Positions 34,973 to 43,688 of a stretch of DNA of 64,000 bases are shown here, in pieces (within the stretch, counting starts at the first letter, position 1; every line of letters begins with the position of its first letter). The DNA is taken from positions 3,984 to 67,983 of the forward strand of contig CAISJJ010000158.1 in assembly GCA_903885595.1 (NCBI GenBank). Direction: 5' to 3'. The notes below the pieces were generated by a model. It was not told where the DNA came from. It was given only the letters and a program-made list of their open reading frames with translations, and did not search any database. Source of the DNA: an uncultured Bacteroidales bacterium (GTDB taxonomy: Bacteria; Bacteroidota; Bacteroidia; Bacteroidales; FEN-979). A program made the translations under genes and the position numbers.

Positions 34973-36637
34973 TTAATACTTAATCACCCTCACCACGCCC
35001 CAATCCCTTGATTTCGTGGTAGCCTTCAGCAGGTAAATGCCCCTGGGTAATTGTCCAACTGATAATCTGACTAATGTTGAGCCGATCTCTTCTCTGGTCA
35101 GAATTATTTGATTCAGGTAGTTGATCACCTCTATCCGCTCAACCTCCTGGCGAGCTTTAATCGTAATAAAATCCACAGCAGGATTGGGATACGCCAGCGT
35201 GATCAAACCCGAATTTTCATACAACCCAACATCCCATGCTGAGATACTGTTTGATGAAATGATGCGAACAGGAAGACCGGCTGCTGAATCGCCATAGGCT
35301 GCCCGGGGTGTAACTTCAAATACCAGCCATTTGCCTATATCCAGCGTGTCGACCGTGTAGGTGATGTAGTGCGCAGAATCGATGGGTGAAAGGCTGCTCC
35401 CGATGGCATCAGGACTCTGGTACCACTGATAGGTGGTACTGTCCTCGGGAATACCGTTTACATTTTCGTATGAATAGGCTCCCGTGAGGATCTTCTTGAA
35501 GACTAACAGTCCCTGGATATCAAGATCATAAGCCCAGGGAGGGGTGAGGATGGATGGATCGAGGTTGTTGTAAAAGCAGCTGAAAATATTGGGATTTTGA
35601 TTGATGGTATCGTGAAAAGTGTAATCCCGGTTGGGCAAATCCGGTAACTCAGCCTTATCCCAGTCGCCATTGATACGGAATTTGAATTCAAGGGGTCCCT
35701 TGCTGAACCATGTCGTGTCAAGATAGGTTTCAAAGGTGTAAACTGAATCCCCGTCCGTGTCGAAAAGGACGTTGTTGTCATCCTGTTCGTCGAAATTTCC
35801 GATCACATCCACGAAATCTGTTGATGGATAAAAGTGGTGGGCCGTGATATAATATCCCATTTTGCACTGGAAGGTCATAAGACATTTTGCCGGATTGTAG
35901 TTGTTGAAATCATTGAATATTTCGAGCAGCGTATCCGGCACACGCATGATCCTGTCAGGTTTATTCAGCAGCTCAAGTCCGCTTGAATCGGCATTGATAC
36001 GATATTTATATTGTTGTATGGAACCGGGATCGAGACTGTAAATGTAAGTGTATTCCAGGGTTGTATCGACACGCTGCATGCGCGGGGAACCAGCCATGTT
36101 ATTCATGGTCCCAACAATGCATACCGTGTCAACGTCGGGGTTAAACAGTCCAAACTGAACGGGATATGTCATATTCACAGTGAAGCTGGTATAATTGATC
36201 GGATCATCATTCCACCATGCTGTAACGGTTACCGTACCTGGTTCGGCAGTAAGGGAACGGTCAACAGTTTCCCATTTGTTGTCATTGATCCTGAATTTAT
36301 AATTGTAGGTAACACCCGAATCAAGCGCGTCGAAGAGGAACCCGGTATAGGTATATCCCGGGCCCGGAACGAGTCTGAATGGTTCAACGCCATGATCCAT
36401 GATAACCGATACAAAGTCGGAATCCGGGGAGAAAATGTGTTGGTCGACAGCTTTGGTCATATTAACCCGGAATGATACCGACCAGGTCGTATCGGTGTTT
36501 GCGGCTGCAGTATGCCCGAGGGAAAGGCATATCCACAAGGCAGGCACAAGTGTCATCATCAGCATGATTTTCCGGAAGATGGCAGAATGAATGCATGAAC
36601 TCATATAGTCGTAGTTTTGCTCAGGATTGTGCAGCAA
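34973..36637 (-). CDS. T9SS-secreted protein with three tandem CBM-like beta-sandwich repeats
   Basis: 554 aa (likely start at ATG 36604). Three repeats ending in YKFRINDNKWE, YKYRINADS and FKFRINGDWD, each opening with a (F/V)xVNM-type strand. T9SS CTD at the end: LAYPNPAVDFITIKA...RGIYLLKATT. Confidence 0.65.
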   Translation of the reverse strand: MLHNPEQNYDYMSSCIHSAIFRKIMLMMTLVPALWICLSLGHTAAANTDTTWSVSFRVNMTKAVDQHIFSPDSDFVSVIMDHGVEPFRLVPGPGYTYTGFLFDALDSGVTYNYKFRINDNKWETVDRSLTAEPGTVTVTAWWNDDPINYTSFTVNMTYPVQFGLFNPDVDTVCIVGTMNNMAGSPRMQRVDTTLEYTYIYSLDPGSIQQYKYRINADSSGLELLNKPDRIMRVPDTLLEIFNDFNNYNPAKCLMTFQCKMGYYITAHHFYPSTDFVDVIGNFDEQDDNNVLFDTDGDSVYTFETYLDTTWFSKGPLEFKFRINGDWDKAELPDLPNRDYTFHDTINQNPNIFSCFYNNLDPSILTPPWAYDLDIQGLLVFKKILTGAYSYENVNGIPEDSTTYQWYQSPDAIGSSLSPIDSAHYITYTVDTLDIGKWLVFEVTPRAAYGDSAAGLPVRIISSNSISAWDVGLYENSGLITLAYPNPAVDFITIKARQEVERIEVINYLNQIILTREEIGSTLVRLSVGQLPRGIYLLKATTKSRDWGVVRVIKY

Positions 36638-36657
36638 AGATACGAAAATAATGAAGG

Positions 36658-38688
36658 CTAATTAATCCGTTCAAAGACCAATGCCGTGCGGTTGGTATTG
36701 TAAATCATCAGGTAGTGGGTTTGATCTTCTTCATTGAACATAGTGGTATAAACCAGTTTGTCGTCAACCCTTCCGTGACCGCCGAACTCCTTGTCATCAG
36801 TATCGAGGATAATCCGGTAATCACCCGGTTCGGGCACCGGGAATTTATAGTCAGGAATAGAGTTGCTCACATGGAAGTTGAATATGAAGATCAACTCCTG
36901 CCGTTTGAAAACAATCGTTTGGTTTTCACCGTCCATATTGATCTGATCTCCATATCCCTGGTCGAAAAGACGGTGCTTTGTTACAAGTTCAAGCATCTTT
37001 CGGTCAAAAGCGGCCAGGAAACGGTACTTCAGATCGGGATTTTCGATCAGCGACCACTGACGCCGGGCGTGCTGGTAACTCCAGCGGTTTCCTTCACGAG
37101 GGAAGTCAACCCAATCGGGATGACCAAACTCATTGCCGATAAAGGTAAGGTAAGCCTGTCCCCCAAGGCTGATGGTAATCAGCCTGATCAGTTTGTGCAA
37201 GGCCATGCCCCGGTCAATTACATAGCTTTCATCCTTTTTGCTCATCTTAAAATAGATTTCGCTCTGCATCAGCCTGAAAGCAATGGTCTGGTCGCCAACC
37301 AATGCCTGGTCGTGCGATTCGCAATAGGCAATGGTTTTGACATCGGGTAGCCGGTTGCTCATAAGCGCCCACAGTTCATGGATGTCCCATTCCTCATCCT
37401 TTTTTTCTTTTAATACCTTGATCCAGTAATCGGGGATCGCCATCGCAAGTCTGTAATCAAAGCCAATACCACCTTCGCGGATAGGTCTGCAGAGCCCAGG
37501 CATGCCGGTTACATCCTCGGCAATGGTCACCGCATGAGGCTTTATCTTATGTATCAGTGCATTTGCAAGCTGAAGGTAGGTCAGGGCGTCCCATTCAACC
37601 CCGTCTTTGAAATATCCGTCGAGATCCCAAACTTCACGGTATCCATGGTCAAAATACATCATGGAGGTGACCCCGTCGAACCTGAACCCGTCGAAATGAT
37701 ATTCACGCAGCCAGAATTTAAGATTCGAAAGAAGGAACTGCAAAACTTCCCGCTTGCCATAATTGAAGCATTTGGAGTCCCAGTGCGGATGATTTCCCCG
37801 TTCGCCCGGATGAAAATACTGATCATCAGAGCCGTCAAACTGGTTTAATCCTTCGTGGGTATTCTTGGCAGAGTGGGAATGAACCAGGTCCATCAAAACA
37901 GCAATGCCCTGTTCATGTGCTTTATGAATCAGGTATTTCAGCTCTTCCGGAGTCCCGAAACGGGATGAAACGGCGAAAAAATTTGTGACATGGTATCCGA
38001 AGGACCCGTAATAGGGATGCTCGGCGATGGCCATCAGCTGAATCGTGTTGTATCCTGAATTTTTGATGTAGGGAATAATGTAATCTGCAAATTCTATGAA
38101 TGTCCCTACTGCCTCGCGTTCCTGGGCCATACCAACATGGCATTCATAAATGAGCAGTTCATTCAGTTGCCTTATGTCAAACCGGTCACCCTCCCAGTCG
38201 AACGGGCGGGGAGGCGCCCAATGCTGACCCGAAAAATCAAGGGATGCAACATCCTGGACAACCCGGTGAATATATGCCGGTATCTTTTCGTGCCATCCTG
38301 CATCGGAATGAACCATGACCTTGACCCTGCTTTGATGTGTAAACCGGTCCTTGTATTGCTCATCGGGAAGAAAGATCTCCCATTGACCATTTTTCAAAGG
38401 GGTGAGCCGGTGTGAATAGCGCTGCCAGTCATTGAAGTCGCCAAAAAGGTAAAGATCCTGCGCTTTTGGCGCCCACTCCCGGTAATACCAGCCTTTCCGT
38501 TGCCGGTCATAATGAAATCCATACCAGGTATATGCATTCGCGAATTCATTCAAACTCTCCCAATTTTGTTCAATTTCACGGAGTGTGTCCTGGTAACGCT
38601 CATAGCGTGCTGCAATTTCTGCAGTTACAGGTTTAAGCCAGGGGTCATTCTGCGCCAGGGCAAGCTGTTTGATTCTTTTTTCTTTCAT
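36658..38688 (-). CDS. glgB: 1,4-alpha-glucan branching enzyme (GH13)
   Basis: 676 aa. YECHVGMAQE, AVLMDLVHSHSAKN, DGFRFDGVTSMMY, VTIAEDVTGMPG, AYCESHDQALVGD. Confidence 0.9.
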   Translation of the reverse strand: MKEKRIKQLALAQNDPWLKPVTAEIAARYERYQDTLREIEQNWESLNEFANAYTWYGFHYDRQRKGWYYREWAPKAQDLYLFGDFNDWQRYSHRLTPLKNGQWEIFLPDEQYKDRFTHQSRVKVMVHSDAGWHEKIPAYIHRVVQDVASLDFSGQHWAPPRPFDWEGDRFDIRQLNELLIYECHVGMAQEREAVGTFIEFADYIIPYIKNSGYNTIQLMAIAEHPYYGSFGYHVTNFFAVSSRFGTPEELKYLIHKAHEQGIAVLMDLVHSHSAKNTHEGLNQFDGSDDQYFHPGERGNHPHWDSKCFNYGKREVLQFLLSNLKFWLREYHFDGFRFDGVTSMMYFDHGYREVWDLDGYFKDGVEWDALTYLQLANALIHKIKPHAVTIAEDVTGMPGLCRPIREGGIGFDYRLAMAIPDYWIKVLKEKKDEEWDIHELWALMSNRLPDVKTIAYCESHDQALVGDQTIAFRLMQSEIYFKMSKKDESYVIDRGMALHKLIRLITISLGGQAYLTFIGNEFGHPDWVDFPREGNRWSYQHARRQWSLIENPDLKYRFLAAFDRKMLELVTKHRLFDQGYGDQINMDGENQTIVFKRQELIFIFNFHVSNSIPDYKFPVPEPGDYRIILDTDDKEFGGHGRVDDKLVYTTMFNEEDQTHYLMIYNTNRTALVFERIN

Positions 38689-38719
38689 TTTATGTTGCCG
38701 TTTTACGAAACATGATCGA

Positions 38720-38727
38720 CAAATTTA
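38720..38727 (-). promoter_or_regulatory. Candidate Bacteroidota -7 promoter box (TAAATTTG) for glgB
   Basis: Matches TAnnTTTG on the minus strand, 32-39 nt upstream of the ATG at 38688. I did not find a well-spaced -33 TTTG. Confidence 0.3.
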
Positions 38728-38804
38728 GTAATTTATGCAGGGTGATCATATGTTTTGCCACAATTTTCATTTTTGGCATGTATTTATACTTATTGGATAT
38801 TTCA

Positions 38805-38812
38805 TATCTTTG
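38805..38812 (+). promoter_or_regulatory. Candidate Bacteroidota -7 promoter box (TATCTTTG) for the hybrid kinase
   Basis: Matches TAnnTTTG 30 nt upstream of the ATG at 38842. The TTTG at 38772-38775 is farther away than the usual -33 spacing. Confidence 0.3.
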
Positions 38813-38841
38813 AATGAATTATTTCGGATCACTCCCCTTAA

Positions 38842-41800
38842 ATGAAAAGTCAAAGCAGAATACAATATTCAACGCTAATCATAGTCTTGTTTTTTTGTGT
38901 GCTTATTTTGGCGCTGTTGGCGGGTGGCCATTTTTACTTTCAAAAGGAAAAGTCTGAAACGAGAGAAAACCAGTACAGCTTTTTGTCAGCTATTTCTGCA
39001 TTCAAAGTCAATGAAATTAGAAAATGGATGGAGGAAAGAACGGCAGAAGGAGTATATATTGCTTCCAACCCTCATTTTCTTTCTCTGTTCAGAAAAGTCA
39101 GCAGGGAAACTCCTGACAGAAAAGTGCAAAGTGAGATGGAACATTGGTTACTACCCTTAAAAAAAAGCCATAAATACATGGCTATATGGGTTTGTGATAC
39201 GAATGGCCGGGTGATAATTTCTCTTTGCGATGAGGTTAAACCAGTTCAGATACTTACCGCTGAGCGCAGGGGCAGTTATCTCCATACAGGTAAAATCAGT
39301 TTTACTGACCTTGAGACTGATCCACCAACTAAGCGCTCATTTATCGACATGGTGGTTCCTTTAGCAGAAAATAACAAAAAGACAGGCTTTGTGGTTTTTC
39401 GTCTTGATCCAGAGCTTTTTCTTTTTCCTTTAATCAGGAATTGGCCGGTTGAGCGGGTTTCAGCTTCAAATATATTGGCCCGGCAACAGGGCGATTCACT
39501 TATCTATCTTCATGGGGATGCCGTATCGGGCATCGCTGGTTCATGGCAACATAAAAGCGGGGAGCCTGACGGGATATCGAAACATATACCGGCCGTGGGA
39601 ACAATGACTATGGTAGAAGCAAAAGATCACCGGGGAGTAAATGTGCTTGCTGATATCCGTAAAATTCAGGGAACTGCCTGGTCGTTGGTTACAAAAATCG
39701 ATATGGTTGAAGTTGATGCTTCGCTGAAGAGCAGGGCTGTCAAAATTGTGATCTATCTCCTGACATTCCTTGCGGTTGTTGTTATCACCATGATACTTTT
39801 ATGGAAGAACCAGCAATTGAATAATTTCAGGAAGCAACTTGAACTGCAGTCCAAGACCAATAAAGCGGAGGAGCGCATTCGCTTTATGAATGCTCTGCTT
39901 GAGGGTGTCAATGATGCCATCATCACATTTGATAAGGATATGATGATTCAAAGCTGGAACAAAGGGGCTGAACGCATTTATGGATGGAAATCGGAAGAGG
40001 TTGTCGGGAAATTTGGGGGAGGATCTCTTCGGGTTGATTTCCCTGGAACAGCACGTGAATCGGTTTACAGGGAACTTGAGAAAACGGGGGCATGGAAAGG
40101 CGAAGTTATGCACAAGAGGAAAGATGGAACGACTGCCTATCTGTTATCGTCTACTTCAAATCTCAGGGATGATGATGGCAACATCCTGGGAATAATCACT
40201 ATTAATAAAGATATTTCAGAGGTTATTCAATCTGAAAAAGTAAAGAACACAGTTTATCGGATTTCAGAACTTGCGCACGCTTCCCGCGATCTTGATGACC
40301 TTTATATGTCAATTCATGTGGTGATTGGTGAACTTATGGATGCCCGTAACCTTTATATCGCATTGGTTGAACCCGACACTTCAAAGATCTCGTTTCCATA
40401 TTTTGTGAATGAGAAGGAGCAACAGCCTCCCGCCCGGCAGAAGGGTTTTGGACTTGCCGAATATGTTTTGAAAACGGGAAAGCCATTATTGGCAAAACCC
40501 GATGATTATCAATATTATATCGATCGCGGGATTATTGACATGGATGAAAATCCGGCCATCGACTGGCTGGGTGTTCCGCTTCGCATTGACAAAGAAACGA
40601 TTGGGGTGCTTGTCATCCAGAGCTATTCCCCGAAAATACGGTATGGCGACAGGGAAAAAGACATTCTGATATTCGTATCGGAACAAATTGCACTTTCCAT
40701 TTACAGGAAAAAGATGCAGCAGGAACTGGTCGAAGCCAAACAAAAAGCAGAGGTTGCAAATAAACTTACCTCCTCCTTGCTTGCCAACATGAACCATGAA
40801 CTCAGAACCCCCATGAATGGCATTCTGGGATTTGCCGAGATCCTGGTGAATGACCTCAGGGACGAAGATACCAGAGGAAAAGCTGAGAATATTCTGGTCT
40901 CCGGCCGGCGTTTGATGGACACGCTGGATGCTATTATGGACTTATCTTATCTGGAATCAGATACAGTGTCCAGGAAGTTCAAACCGATCATGGTTGGGAC
41001 CACCGTCAGGGCGGTACTTCGGCACTATGAACAGGCTATTAAGCGTAAGAAATTGATTTTGAGCGTTAAAATTCCTGACGAACTGGCCATTCTCGGTGAT
41101 GAACATCTTTTCAAACACCTTATAAAAAATCTGACGGACAATGCAGTAAAATATACGGAGCATGGGAGTATAACAATTACAGCTGCGCGCGTTCCCCATG
41201 ATGAAAAATCGATGGTATCAATCTCTGTTAAGGATACGGGGATTGGTATTTCAAAAGAACATTACCGGATGATCTTTGAAGCTTTCAGACAGGTTAGTGA
41301 AGGGTATGGCCGGCAGTTTGAAGGAAGCGGGCTTGGGCTTACCATCAGCAAACGGATTGTTGACCTGATGCATGGTGAGATCAGCCTGAGCAGTTCAGTC
41401 GATGAAGGATCAGAATTCCAGGTTTTGCTTGTTTCCGCTCCTGTGCCTAAAACAGGGAAAGCATTAAGCCGTGCAGATATCCTCGCTCCAAAAATCCATT
41501 CGCCTGAGGGCAAAAAACTTCCGGATGTATTAATCGTTGAAGATAACCTTGTGAATGTTCAGTTGCTGATGATCTATATACATAAATACTGCAACATTTA
41601 CACTTGCCTGGACGCAAAAGCGGCGATTGATTTGACGAGGGAAAGAAAATTCGATGCAATTCTCATGGATATCAATCTTGGCCCCGGGATGGATGGAATC
41701 CAGGGCATGCTTGAGATACGAAAGAGACCAGACTACTACAACATACCAATCCTGGCAGTAACGGGTTATGCTTCCATCGGCGATCGCGAACGACTCATGA

Positions 41801-41898
41801 CCATCGGATTTAACGGGTATATCCCCAAACCCTACGACAAAGTAACCATTGCCGCGACGATGAGTGAATTATTTCCGGGACAACCAGGAAATCTATGA
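38842..41898 (+). CDS. Membrane hybrid sensor histidine kinase (periplasmic sensor, PAS, GAF, HisKA, HATPase, receiver)
   Basis: 1018 aa. Two TM helices flank a loop of about 270 aa. PAS NALLEGVNDAIITFD, GAF-like IDWLGVPLRIDKETIGVLVIQSYS, H-box NMNHELRTPMNGILGF, G-box GSGLGLTISKRIV, receiver VLIVEDNLVN...ILMDINLGPGMDG. No HTH output. Confidence 0.9.
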   Translation: MKSQSRIQYSTLIIVLFFCVLILALLAGGHFYFQKEKSETRENQYSFLSAISAFKVNEIRKWMEERTAEGVYIASNPHFLSLFRKVSRETPDRKVQSEMEHWLLPLKKSHKYMAIWVCDTNGRVIISLCDEVKPVQILTAERRGSYLHTGKISFTDLETDPPTKRSFIDMVVPLAENNKKTGFVVFRLDPELFLFPLIRNWPVERVSASNILARQQGDSLIYLHGDAVSGIAGSWQHKSGEPDGISKHIPAVGTMTMVEAKDHRGVNVLADIRKIQGTAWSLVTKIDMVEVDASLKSRAVKIVIYLLTFLAVVVITMILLWKNQQLNNFRKQLELQSKTNKAEERIRFMNALLEGVNDAIITFDKDMMIQSWNKGAERIYGWKSEEVVGKFGGGSLRVDFPGTARESVYRELEKTGAWKGEVMHKRKDGTTAYLLSSTSNLRDDDGNILGIITINKDISEVIQSEKVKNTVYRISELAHASRDLDDLYMSIHVVIGELMDARNLYIALVEPDTSKISFPYFVNEKEQQPPARQKGFGLAEYVLKTGKPLLAKPDDYQYYIDRGIIDMDENPAIDWLGVPLRIDKETIGVLVIQSYSPKIRYGDREKDILIFVSEQIALSIYRKKMQQELVEAKQKAEVANKLTSSLLANMNHELRTPMNGILGFAEILVNDLRDEDTRGKAENILVSGRRLMDTLDAIMDLSYLESDTVSRKFKPIMVGTTVRAVLRHYEQAIKRKKLILSVKIPDELAILGDEHLFKHLIKNLTDNAVKYTEHGSITITAARVPHDEKSMVSISVKDTGIGISKEHYRMIFEAFRQVSEGYGRQFEGSGLGLTISKRIVDLMHGEISLSSSVDEGSEFQVLLVSAPVPKTGKALSRADILAPKIHSPEGKKLPDVLIVEDNLVNVQLLMIYIHKYCNIYTCLDAKAAIDLTRERKFDAILMDINLGPGMDGIQGMLEIRKRPDYYNIPILAVTGYASIGDRERLMTIGFNGYIPKPYDKVTIAATMSELFPGQPGNL

Positions 41899-42165
41899 GA
41901 GCAATGCCACTGCAATGATACCCAGGATGACGAGCGGTGCAATGATAAGCACTGTTTTCCTGTCTCGTGCAATATTTGCATTCATCACATCAATCTGGGC
42001 GAGACAATGCTGATCACCTGGTTTATAGTCCAGTGCGGCCTTGAATTCCTCCCTGGCTGAGCGAAAAAGGTCAATTTTGATGAAATTTGCTCCACGCTCG
42101 GTATGTTCTTTGAATTTCAACTGTTCGTGCGTAAGATGTTCGTTGTGTTCTTCGTGGTGTGCCAT
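41893..42165 (-). CDS. Small tail-anchored protein, unknown function
   Basis: 90 aa with a His/Glu-rich N-terminus (MAHHEEHNEHLTHE) and a C-terminal TM helix LIIAPLVILGIIAVALL. The start is 2 nt after the upstream gene's stop. The 3' end overlaps the convergent kinase by 6 nt. Confidence 0.5.
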   Translation of the reverse strand: MAHHEEHNEHLTHEQLKFKEHTERGANFIKIDLFRSAREEFKAALDYKPGDQHCLAQIDVMNANIARDRKTVLIIAPLVILGIIAVALLS

Positions 42166-42166
42166 G

Positions 42167-43108
42167 TTAATTCAGATTATAGGTTAGTCCGATGCCTAAT
42201 AACTCTTTGAACTGTGTACGTGGGCCGGCTGGCTCAGTCGGATCTGTCTGTATCATGACATCTTCGTCATAGATCAATTGTGTTTGGATCGAAGCTGCCA
42301 GCCATTTGTTGACTTTCATGCTTAACAATAAACTCCAGTTTACATCGATGCTTCCAAAGTTTTTGAGGTAATTGGTAAAAAGTTCCAATGTTGTGGAAAG
42401 GTTGATGTTCTTGGCAAGGTCCTTATTCATGTCGGCACGCAGGTAGGCTCCCATTTCTGTCCGGAGTTTTTTACCAGGATCAACACCAAACGAGCCGGCT
42501 GCAGATAAAGCTGAGTCGTTGACAAAGGTAAAGCGCCCTGATGCCGGAGAAAGATAGAGATAAAACCAGTTTTTTGGGGCATAGGAAATTCCGATACCAA
42601 CTACCAGGTAACCCGGGGCAAGGAACCTGGAAATAACGTTACTGTCGTTGGGATAGTTATAACCATTGGCAAACTGGCTTCTGAAATTAGCCAGAACGGT
42701 AAGGTACCACTTTTTGTTCTTGTGCAATTCATACCCGTAAGCTGTGGTGATTTCAATTTTATCGTTGGTCTTGTTGAATATTGCTTCACTCGCTTTTCCC
42801 TGGAGGTTGAACCCATAACCAAGGTCGATGGTATTTCCCCAAACATGCTTTCCTTTACGATAGTTGGCCTTGAAATTAAGATAGGCAGTAAGACCGACTG
42901 AATTCTGCCCGCCTGAGGCCCAGTTCGAGAAGGCTGCCTGCGAAAACGCAACAGAGCCGCTGCCTCTGATGAGCCATCTTTTTGGAACTGTATCGGGATG
43001 AACTTCAGAAAGGACATCAGTTTTGGCCTTGGCTACTTTTTGAATATCCTGGGCCGATAGTAAAGATGAGGCAAACAAGAGTATAGTGAACAGTGCATTT
43101 TTTTTCAT
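42167..43108 (-). CDS. DUF3078-like outer-membrane beta-barrel protein
   Basis: 313 aa with a signal peptide. SGSVAFSQAAFSNWASGGQNSVGLTAYLNFKANY, which is the pattern I associate with DUF3078. Confidence 0.6.
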   Translation of the reverse strand: MKKNALFTILLFASSLLSAQDIQKVAKAKTDVLSEVHPDTVPKRWLIRGSGSVAFSQAAFSNWASGGQNSVGLTAYLNFKANYRKGKHVWGNTIDLGYGFNLQGKASEAIFNKTNDKIEITTAYGYELHKNKKWYLTVLANFRSQFANGYNYPNDSNVISRFLAPGYLVVGIGISYAPKNWFYLYLSPASGRFTFVNDSALSAAGSFGVDPGKKLRTEMGAYLRADMNKDLAKNINLSTTLELFTNYLKNFGSIDVNWSLLLSMKVNKWLAASIQTQLIYDEDVMIQTDPTEPAGPRTQFKELLGIGLTYNLN

Positions 43109-43126
43109 GGAATTGTTTTTTGAGGT

Positions 43127-43549
43127 TTACTTTTTCAGAAGATCACGGATTTCAGTGAGTAACTCCTGGTCTTTGGTGGGGACAGGAGGCGCGTCAGGCA
43201 CTTCTGCTGCTTTTTTGCGGCTGATGTTGTTCACCCCTTTGATCATCATAAAAATGGCAAATGCCACAATGACGAAATCAACAACTGTCTGGATGAAGTT
43301 TCCAATCTTAAGGGTTACCGCTTCCTTTATAACCTTCCCGGTAGCCGGATCCATAACAGCATCTTTCATATTTAATGCAATGTCTTTGAAATCAATGCCT
43401 CCGACCAGCAATCCAATAGGCGGCATGATGACATCATTAACGAGCGATGTGATGATCTTCCCAAATGCAGCGCCGATGATGATGCCGACAGCCATGTCAA
43501 TTACGTTGCCTTTCATGGCAAATTCCTTAAAATCCTTGAGCATTTTCAT
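43127..43549 (-). CDS. mscL: Large-conductance mechanosensitive channel
   Basis: 140 aa. [44 protein letters not shown]. Confidence 0.95.
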   Translation of the reverse strand: MKMLKDFKEFAMKGNVIDMAVGIIIGAAFGKIITSLVNDVIMPPIGLLVGGIDFKDIALNMKDAVMDPATGKVIKEAVTLKIGNFIQTVVDFVIVAFAIFMMIKGVNNISRKKAAEVPDAPPVPTKDQELLTEIRDLLKK

Positions 43550-43688
43550 TTTGGAAGACTTTTATTATTAACACAAAAATAGTAATGATTTTGAACTAAC
43601 ATAATATATAATTAAAAAAAGCCGGCTCTGGTTGAGAGACAGCTTTTTCATGGAGACAGGAAAACCCTTCCTGTCAATCCGATATGAT

